From NCBI GenBank assembly GCA_040880805.1, contig JBBDHW010000022.1:1-54179 (forward strand): a stretch of DNA of 54,179 bases. The letters are read 5' to 3'. Below are positions 47,787 through 54,179 of this stretch, piece by piece. The DNA comes from Acidimicrobiia bacterium. Lineage in GTDB: Bacteria > Actinomycetota > Acidimicrobiia > IMCC26256 > DASPTH01. Below the pieces are notes generated by a model, which did no database searches, was not told the DNA's origin, and was given only the letters and a program-made list of their open reading frames with translations. Numbering within the stretch: position 1 is the first letter of the stretch; every line of letters starts with the position of its first letter. Both the position numbers and the translations under genes were made by a program.

Positions 47787-49430
47787 CTAGGTTGGCGACG
47801 GGTAGGCAGGCAGGGCGTCCTCGGGCGGGAGCTTCGTGAGCACGGTCACCGACGTCGCGTCGTCGTACAGGCCGACCGGCTTCGCGGGCCAGTTGCCGGG
47901 CAGGTACCGCTTCCCCCCGTCGGCGTAGCGGTACAGACCCGAGCCGGCGCGCCCGACCTCGTCCGGACCGCTTGCGTCGGGATCCCACCACACCACGGTC
48001 GCGTCGTCGCTGCCGGTGAGGTCGATCCCCTTCCAGGTCCGGTGCCTGCCCCACGAGAGATGCAGGCGCGTGGGCGTGGTCGTGGTCGCGGACGGGAAGC
48101 GGAACAGTCCCGCCCGAAACGTCTTCGCGGTGAGGCGTGGCCCCGCGAGGTGCACGCCGGTGAAGAACACCAACGGTGCCTGCACCAGCTCGCGGAATGT
48201 CTTCGCGGAGGGCGGTTGGCCCGTCTGCCACGTGATGAGATTGGCGAGCTCGTCGACGTCGTCGGCTGTGCGCGCCGGCAGCAACGACACGCCGAACGCG
48301 TGCGACCACTGCTTCGGGTCGTACTGGCGGCCGAACACCGCGGTGTCGGTGAACGCGTAGCCGAGCACCACCCACTCGGGGAAGAAGCCCTGGGTCGTGG
48401 CTTCCTTCGTGAGGAACGTGGGGAAGAGGGGATCGCCGGCGAGGATCACGCTCGTGACGCGCGCCGTCTGCAATTTGGTGATGACGAGCCGTGCGTCTTC
48501 TTGTGCCGTCCCGATGTCGAGTGTGTACGGGACCGTCACCGCCGGCTTCACCCCGTACCTGCCGAGTAGATCCTTGAAATGCGCGACGCTGCGCCGGAAC
48601 GTGCCCGCGTCGTCGTCGTAGTGGACGACACCGAACACGCGCTTCTTCGCCGCAAGCTCGCGCGAGCCCGCGTGGACGGCCTTGCCGCGCGCCAGCTGCT
48701 TACCGACGAATGCCGCCCAGTGCTCGCTCGCCTGTTCCGGGGACGCGAGGGTGGGCCAGAGGTACGGCGAGTGCTCTTCGAGGAAGCGCTGCGGTTGCGC
48801 GATGAGACAGTCGCCGACACACAGCACGCCGCGCGCCGCGAGCTCCTCGGCGTACGCGCTCGTCTCGCCCGGACCACCGAACGACGCGAGAGCCTTCACT
48901 TCCGTCGCCACCTTGATCGCGTCGGCCTTGGCCGCAACGTCGTCGTCGGGCGCACCACTCGCCTTCACCGTGACGAGCTCGATCTTGCGGCCGTAGAGCT
49001 CGTAGTGCGCGGAGAAGTAGTCGATGTACTCCTGCGTGGTGTCGCGCTCCTTGGCGAGGCTCTCGTCGCTGCCGGTGTTCGCGAAGAACGTCTGCTGGAG
49101 CAGATCGGGTTGCGCCTGGTAGAGCGCGACGGTGATCGTGTCCTTGGTGACGCCCCGCGCCGTCGCGCCGCCGTTGTCGCCCCCCTTCCACGGCTCCACG
49201 CACGGAGGCGCGTAGCCGCTCGGCACCGCGAGGCGGCCCGTGCTCGTGTCGCAGTTCGGCCCCCAGTCGACGTTCTTGCCCTGGGCCTTCGCCTGGTCGA
49301 ACGTGAGCGGCGCGCTCGGATCCCTGTTTTGGCGTCCGTCAGTGGTGCCGGAGGCCCCGTCAACGACGCCGGAACCGAGGGTGGCGAGGATCACGGTCAG
49401 GACCGCGACCCAACGTTGCCCCTGACGCAT
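47787..49430 (-). CDS. ABC transporter substrate-binding protein, branched-chain amino acid (Liv) type, periplasmic binding protein type I
   Basis: Signal peptide and an ANF-receptor / LivK-like fold. Immediately downstream of the fused Liv permease/ATPase gene. Confidence 0.75.
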   Translation of the reverse strand: MRQGQRWVAVLTVILATLGSGVVDGASGTTDGRQNRDPSAPLTFDQAKAQGKNVDWGPNCDTSTGRLAVPSGYAPPCVEPWKGGDNGGATARGVTKDTITVALYQAQPDLLQQTFFANTGSDESLAKERDTTQEYIDYFSAHYELYGRKIELVTVKASGAPDDDVAAKADAIKVATEVKALASFGGPGETSAYAEELAARGVLCVGDCLIAQPQRFLEEHSPYLWPTLASPEQASEHWAAFVGKQLARGKAVHAGSRELAAKKRVFGVVHYDDDAGTFRRSVAHFKDLLGRYGVKPAVTVPYTLDIGTAQEDARLVITKLQTARVTSVILAGDPLFPTFLTKEATTQGFFPEWVVLGYAFTDTAVFGRQYDPKQWSHAFGVSLLPARTADDVDELANLITWQTGQPPSAKTFRELVQAPLVFFTGVHLAGPRLTAKTFRAGLFRFPSATTTTPTRLHLSWGRHRTWKGIDLTGSDDATVVWWDPDASGPDEVGRAGSGLYRYADGGKRYLPGNWPAKPVGLYDDATSVTVLTKLPPEDALPAYPSPT

Positions 49431-49466
49431 GGGGAGATCGTCGCGCGGCCGACGCCTCGCGCAGGG

Positions 49467-52400
49467 TCAGGGCGCGCGGGGGCCGAGGAACGTCCGCGCC
49501 ACGGACGGGTTCCGGAGCACCGTGTCGGGATCGCCGACTGCCACCACCCGGCCGAGGTCGAGGGCGACGAGCCGCTCCGACACCGCGCGGAGCATTGGCA
49601 CGTCGTGCTCGATCACGAGCAGGCTCGTGCCGAGCGTGTCGCGCACTCGCACGAGCAGGGGTGCCAGCGCCTCCGCCTCTCGCTGCGCGATGCCGCTCGA
49701 CGGCTCGTCGAGGAGGAGCACCGACGGCTCGTGTGCGAGGGCACACGCGAGATCGACGATTCGACGAGTTCCGGTGGAGAGCTCGTGCACGAACGCATCG
49801 TCGTATGCACCGAGCCCGAGGAGCGCGACCAGCTCCTCGACACGGCGCGTGACCGCAGCTTCGGATCGCGACACCGCGGGCAGATGCAGCGCCGCGGCGA
49901 CCGGATTGCGCACCCGCACGGCGTGCTCGAGGGCTACTGCGATGGTCTCGGCGACCGTGAGCGCGGGGAAGAGGCGACCGTCCTGGAACGATCGTCCGAG
50001 TCCGAGCCGGGCCCGTGCGTACGTCGGGAGATGCGCGAGGTCGACGACCGCGCCGGTGTCCGAGTAGAGCGTGATGGCGCCGTCGTCGGCGCGCGTGAAG
50101 CCCGAGAGCACGTCGAAGAGCGTGGTCTTGCCCGCGCCGTTCGCACCGACGAAGCCGACGATCTCGGCGCTTCCCACGGTGAATGACACGTCGTCGAGTG
50201 CAACCACACCGCCGAAACGCTTCCGCAGCCCGTTCACTGCCAGCCGCGTCACGCGCTCGAGAGTGTCGGTTCCGGTGTCGGGTCGGGGTTCCGGCGCACC
50301 GTGCGCCTGCCCGATGAACACGGCGCGTACGAGGTCATGTCGCTCGAGGAGGTCGGCCGGCGCTCCCGCGAAGCGGACCTCGCCGTGTTCGAGGAAGTAC
50401 ACGCGGTCGGCGATGCGGAGTGCGAGGTCGAGCGACTGCTCGACGACCACGATGGTCGTGCCCGACGCGCGCAGCTGCTGGAGCAGCGCGACCACCTGTT
50501 CGGCAGCGGCCGGCGCGAGCCCGTGGGTGAGCTCGTCGACGAGCAGCAGATGTGGGCGGGCAACCAGTGCCATCGCGAGCGTGAGGAGGTGTTGCTCACC
50601 GCCCGAGAGATTGCCGGCCGGCTCGCCGATTCGCGCCGCGAGCGCAGGGAACCGCTCGAGCGCGTCGCGGACGTCGGCGGCGGCGGCGCGTCGGTCGCGC
50701 ACGAGCCAGCGTGCGAGCCGCAGATGCTCGGCGACCGTGAGCGATGGGAAGACGCCCTCGCCGCCCGGCGCGTGGGCAACGCCCATGGCCGCAATCCGCT
50801 CCGGCGACACGTGCGTCGTGCTTCGCCGGTCGATCGTGACGGTGCCGTGCCGGGGACGGACCAGGCCGGACACCGCGCGCAGGAGTGTCGACTTCCCGGA
50901 GCCGTTCGTGCCGAGCACGGTGACGATCTCGCCCGCCTGCACGTCGAGGTCCGCGCCGAACAGCACCTGCACGCCGTCGTACTCCACGTCGAGCCCACGT
51001 ACGACGAGCACACCTGTGGGCTCGGCGGCCGGTACCGGTCGGAAAGGCGGGGTGATCGCCGGCGTACCCGGAATCGCCGCGAGCTCGGCAAGACCGCGCC
51101 GCCGCGCGACCCATCGGAGCAGGAGGTCGCGCAGGTCGGCGAACGCGGCGCCGAGCCCGCCGGGGAACAGGAGCAGCACGACCAGCAGCCCCGCACCGGT
51201 GGCAAAGATCTGCCAATCGAGCGGGAGCGCCCACGTGACGCCACGCACGTAGAGCGCGCCGAGCAGGGCACCGGGGATCGAGCCGAGGCCGCCGATCACC
51301 ACCATCGCGAACACCACGAGGCTCTCCGACGCCGAGTAGGTGTCGAGCTGGAGGCCGTTCTGATGGTGCACGAACAGCGCGCCCGCGAACGCGGCGAGAA
51401 AGCCCGAGATCGCGAACGCGAGGAGCGTGGTGCGGCGCGTGTTCACGCCGTACGCGCTCGTGGCCGGTTCGTTCTCGCGGATCGCGACGAACACGCGCCC
51501 GGTGCGCGACCGGCGGATCCCGCGCGCCGCGACGATCGCCAGCCCGAGTGCCACGAGGCAGAGGAAGTAGTAGCGCGTCTCGGAGCCGACGTCGACGAAA
51601 CCGAACAGATCGCTGCGCTCGACGCGCGCGGGCGGCAGCCAGTCGAAGCGCGCACCCTCGCCGAAGAACCGCGGGTTCAAGAGCCATGCGGTCGTCATGA
51701 GCGAGAACGACAGCGTGACCACCGCGATGGTGAGGCCGCGCCGTCGCAGTACCGGTAGGCCGATCAGCGTCGCCACCGCCGCGCCGACCAGAGCCGCGCC
51801 GAGCAACCCGAAACCGAGGTCCCATCTCCAGCGCGCGGTGATCGAGCCGCCGACTGCCGCGCCGATCGCGACGAACGCCATCTGCCCGAGGCTGATCTCG
51901 CCCGCCCACCCGGTCAGCACCACCAACGAGAGCGCGATCACCGCGTAGATCACCGCGACTGCGGCGAGGTTGATGCGGCTCTCGCTCAGGAATGCGGGGA
52001 GGGTGACGAGCGCGAGCGCGACCAACAGCACGAGCCCGATGCCCGTCGCGCGCACCTCCGGCAGACGTGCGAGCTCGCGCGGTACCGGCCGCGGCTCCCG
52101 CGCCGCTCGCCACGTCGACGGCTCGATGCGGCCGCGCAGGCCGCGGCCCGCAGGGGTGACCACGAGTGCGACGAGCACGATCACGAACACCACAGGCTCG
52201 ATGTACTGCCGTTGCCCCCAACCCCACACCACCGACTGTTCGACGATGCCGAGCCCGACCGCAGCGATCACGATCGTCGGGAGACGCTCCATCCCGCCGA
52301 TCACCGCGGCCGCCAGCGCCCGCAACAGGATCGCGGGACCGAGCACGGTGCCGATCGGGAGTCCGACGATCCCCGCGCGCAGGAACACCGATAGAAAGGC

Positions 52401-53084
52401 GAGGACTGCGGCGATGACCCAGACGACCGTCTCGAGCCGGCGGACCGGGATGCCGAGCAGCGCGGCGCGATCGGCGTTCTCGGCGGTACCGCGCACCGCG
52501 ACGCCCACGCGCGTGCGCAGAAAGAGCGCGAGGAGCGCGCACACCAGCGGCACCGCGATCGCGGCGATCAGCTCGTTACCGCCGAAACGGACCAAACCCA
52601 CCTTGAACGACGCGTCGATCGGCGAGGGGAAGCTCTGCGGCGGCGTGCTCACGTCGAACCAGCGGGGCAGCAGGAGCCCGATGCCCGCGAGCACCTGCGC
52701 GAGTCCGATCGTGGCGACGCTCAAGATGAGGCGCGGCGCGCGGAAGAACCGCCGGATCACGAGGAGCTCGACGGCCGCACCGAGCAGCACTGCGGCGGCG
52801 ATGCCGGTGACGAACGCGACGAGCCAGCTCGCGCCGCTGCTCACCACGAGCAGTACCGCGAGCGAAGCGGGTGCCGCGCCGAGATCGCCCTGCGCGAAGT
52901 TGAGGATCCGGTTGGCGCGGTACACGAGCGCGATCCCGAGCGAGATGAGCGCGGTGAGCCCGCCGAGCAGCGCGCCCTGCACGACGATCCCCGCGGGAGG
53001 TCCCCAGAGGATCTGGACCAGAAGCAGGAACAGCGTGCCGCCGACGATGACGGTGACCGCGCGGAGCAGGCCCGTCGTCGCCAT
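49467..53084 (-). CDS. Single-polypeptide branched-chain amino-acid ABC importer: LivH-like permease + LivM-like permease + LivF-like ATPase + LivG-like ATPase fused in one frame (1206 aa)
   Basis: Continuous ORF with no stop at any domain junction. Two TMDs (about 290 and 330 aa), then Walker A GTNGSGKST (LivF-like) and Walker A GANGAGKTT with FGGVVALDDVSF (LivG-like). Start taken at MATTGLL; the upstream Arg-rich extension is rejected. Confidence 0.7.
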   Translation of the reverse strand: MATTGLLRAVTVIVGGTLFLLLVQILWGPPAGIVVQGALLGGLTALISLGIALVYRANRILNFAQGDLGAAPASLAVLLVVSSGASWLVAFVTGIAAAVLLGAAVELLVIRRFFRAPRLILSVATIGLAQVLAGIGLLLPRWFDVSTPPQSFPSPIDASFKVGLVRFGGNELIAAIAVPLVCALLALFLRTRVGVAVRGTAENADRAALLGIPVRRLETVVWVIAAVLAFLSVFLRAGIVGLPIGTVLGPAILLRALAAAVIGGMERLPTIVIAAVGLGIVEQSVVWGWGQRQYIEPVVFVIVLVALVVTPAGRGLRGRIEPSTWRAAREPRPVPRELARLPEVRATGIGLVLLVALALVTLPAFLSESRINLAAVAVIYAVIALSLVVLTGWAGEISLGQMAFVAIGAAVGGSITARWRWDLGFGLLGAALVGAAVATLIGLPVLRRRGLTIAVVTLSFSLMTTAWLLNPRFFGEGARFDWLPPARVERSDLFGFVDVGSETRYYFLCLVALGLAIVAARGIRRSRTGRVFVAIRENEPATSAYGVNTRRTTLLAFAISGFLAAFAGALFVHHQNGLQLDTYSASESLVVFAMVVIGGLGSIPGALLGALYVRGVTWALPLDWQIFATGAGLLVVLLLFPGGLGAAFADLRDLLLRWVARRRGLAELAAIPGTPAITPPFRPVPAAEPTGVLVVRGLDVEYDGVQVLFGADLDVQAGEIVTVLGTNGSGKSTLLRAVSGLVRPRHGTVTIDRRSTTHVSPERIAAMGVAHAPGGEGVFPSLTVAEHLRLARWLVRDRRAAAADVRDALERFPALAARIGEPAGNLSGGEQHLLTLAMALVARPHLLLVDELTHGLAPAAAEQVVALLQQLRASGTTIVVVEQSLDLALRIADRVYFLEHGEVRFAGAPADLLERHDLVRAVFIGQAHGAPEPRPDTGTDTLERVTRLAVNGLRKRFGGVVALDDVSFTVGSAEIVGFVGANGAGKTTLFDVLSGFTRADDGAITLYSDTGAVVDLAHLPTYARARLGLGRSFQDGRLFPALTVAETIAVALEHAVRVRNPVAAALHLPAVSRSEAAVTRRVEELVALLGLGAYDDAFVHELSTGTRRIVDLACALAHEPSVLLLDEPSSGIAQREAEALAPLLVRVRDTLGTSLLVIEHDVPMLRAVSERLVALDLGRVVAVGDPDTVLRNPSVARTFLGPRAP

Positions 53085-53095
53085 TCGAGCGAACG

Positions 53096-53866
53096 TTACG
53101 GCATCCAGACCCAGCCTTCGCGGCGAGTTGCGCGCTCGGCGGGCCACGCGAGCTCGGTGAACCCGTCGGCGTGCGCGGCCATCACCAGCGCGGTGACGGC
53201 AGCGTCGAACGCGTCGTCGCTCGCGACCGCGAAGTCGCGTAGCCCACGATCGAGGCTGGGGAACTGCTGGTCGAGCAGCGCGGCGCGCTGCCGGGCGTCG
53301 GTCTTCACGACTGCGCCGGTGCACGCGCGCGGGTAGACCTCTACGGCGAGCGGCACGCGCGCGTGATCGAACGGCCAGATCGCGAAGCCTTCCCGCCGCA
53401 GCCGAGCCAACACCGGCCAGCCGCGGATCGAGCCCGTACCCACGCTGCCGTTGCCGCCCACCTGGAACGTCGACTTCGGGCGTACGCCGCCGGACGACGC
53501 GATCGCAGCCTCGGTCACCCGGAGGTGCGACGGCAGATCGGGGCGTGGCCGGCCGGGTCGACCCCAGAACGGCGGGTCGCAGTCGGAGAGCCATCGTTCG
53601 CCATCGCGCGCGGCCGCGCCCCACAGCTCGTCGACGGTCGTGAAGCCGCGTTCCTCGAAGAACCACGCGGGCAGCGAGAACGAGAAGTCGAAGCCCACCA
53701 CGAGCTCGGGATCGGCGGCGGCGAGCGCGAGGACGTGATCTGCCACCTGGTCTCGACTACGGCCGTCCTCGAGCCGGACGAGCTCACCGTCGCGGGCTTC
53801 CGCCAACCAGATCGCGCGTCGTTCGCTCTTCGCGCGTCCGGACCAGTCGACCGCGACGACGCGCAC
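53096..53866 (-). CDS. Hypothetical protein, DUF429-like (RNase H-fold) candidate
   Basis: VVAVDWSGR N-terminus resembles DUF429 / predicted RNase H-like proteins. GTG start. Its stop lies 11 nt upstream of the Liv fusion start. Confidence 0.5.
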   Translation of the reverse strand: MRVVAVDWSGRAKSERRAIWLAEARDGELVRLEDGRSRDQVADHVLALAAADPELVVGFDFSFSLPAWFFEERGFTTVDELWGAAARDGERWLSDCDPPFWGRPGRPRPDLPSHLRVTEAAIASSGGVRPKSTFQVGGNGSVGTGSIRGWPVLARLRREGFAIWPFDHARVPLAVEVYPRACTGAVVKTDARQRAALLDQQFPSLDRGLRDFAVASDDAFDAAVTALVMAAHADGFTELAWPAERATRREGWVWMP

Positions 53867-53870
53867 GCGG

Positions 53871-54179
53871 CTATGCCGTGACCCAGACCAGCACCTCGGC
53901 TCCCGCGGTTCCCGCGACGAGCGTGTGCGGGCCTTCATCGGTGAGCCGTGCCGCGTCACCAGTGCCGAGCCTGCCGGCGCCGTCGAGCTCGGCCGACCCC
54001 ACCGCGACGAACACGTGCACGTGGGGCGCGGCCGGCACCGCTACCTCGATGCCGGGCGAGAGGCGTCCCGCGAGCAGCTCGGCGTCGCGCTGGTGGATCG
54101 TGACTCCTCCACCACCACTATTGGCACCACTATTGGCACCACTATTGGCACCACTATTGGCACCACTATTGGCACCACT
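53871..54179 (-). CDS. Cupin-domain protein, 3' part only (runs off the window), preceded by an (SGAN)n repeat
   Basis: C-terminal PHVHVFVAVGSAELDGAGRLGTGDAARL is cupin-like. The frame is open to the window edge and reads the 12-bp repeat as SGAN units. Confidence 0.45.
   Translation of the reverse strand, partial: SGANSGANSGANSGANSGANSGGGGVTIHQRDAELLAGRLSPGIEVAVPAAPHVHVFVAVGSAELDGAGRLGTGDAARLTDEGPHTLVAGTAGAEVLVWVTA
54109..54179. repeat. Perfect 12-bp tandem repeat (ttggcaccacta), about 6 copies, truncated by the window edge
   Basis: Five exact copies plus a degenerate leading copy. The unit is 50% GC against about 70% locally. Confidence 0.85.

Noticed and set aside
53085-53666. Upstream extension of the Liv fusion ORF
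   Set aside because: Arg-rich and overlapping the DUF429-like gene in another frame. A conserved LivH N-terminus begins at MATTGLL.
54109-54179. Possible CRISPR array
   Set aside because: The repeats are contiguous with no spacers and the unit is 12 bp, so it is a simple tandem repeat.

Overview
High-GC (~70%) chromosomal segment, most likely from an actinobacterium, carrying about 60 genes. Left end (1..~4730): the right-hand end of an integrative element. It carries a convergent HNH restriction endonuclease and C5-cytosine methyltransferase, a Vsr mismatch endonuclease, a 170-bp CA-rich tract, a hairpin with GGGAGTARTY operator/arm-like repeats, a small Xis-like HTH gene and a tyrosine integrase. 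The integrase reading frame has no stop and runs straight into a minus-strand RNase P RNA gene (rnpB, ~4730..5117), which I recognised from its conserved P4/P15-region motifs; the element therefore appears to abut the rnpB 3' end. The rest of the window is core-like chromosome: a CaCA antiporter, WhiB, TrpD, small zinc-ribbon proteins, DoxX, a sugar ABC importer, citrate synthase, an SDR, an L,D-transpeptidase, an AlkA-like glycosylase, an ABC-F ATPase, a secreted transglycosylase-like protein with a CTG repeat, Aat, an ArsC/Spx-family protein and MmpL. Two envelope-glycan loci are present: (i) epimerase, DegT aminotransferase, GT2 and a methyltransferase; (ii) GT2, YdjC deacetylase, two GT-C-like membrane proteins and a methyltransferase. 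Unusual items: an XRE-HTH protein with a ~400-aa acidic disordered linker and an uncharacterised C-terminal domain, operonic with a methyltransferase; a CDF transporter fused in frame to a SnoaL domain; an HExxH protein; divergent Ku and a standalone LigD polymerase domain; an orphan VapC-like PIN protein; a flotillin, cytochrome c and His-rich membrane protein operon; and a branched-chain amino-acid ABC importer in which both permeases and both ATPases are one uninterrupted 1206-aa ORF. The window ends in a perfect 12-bp tandem repeat that is AT-richer than its surroundings. No CRISPR array or tRNA was found. Many long Arg-rich ORFs in the six-frame track are GC-driven artefacts.
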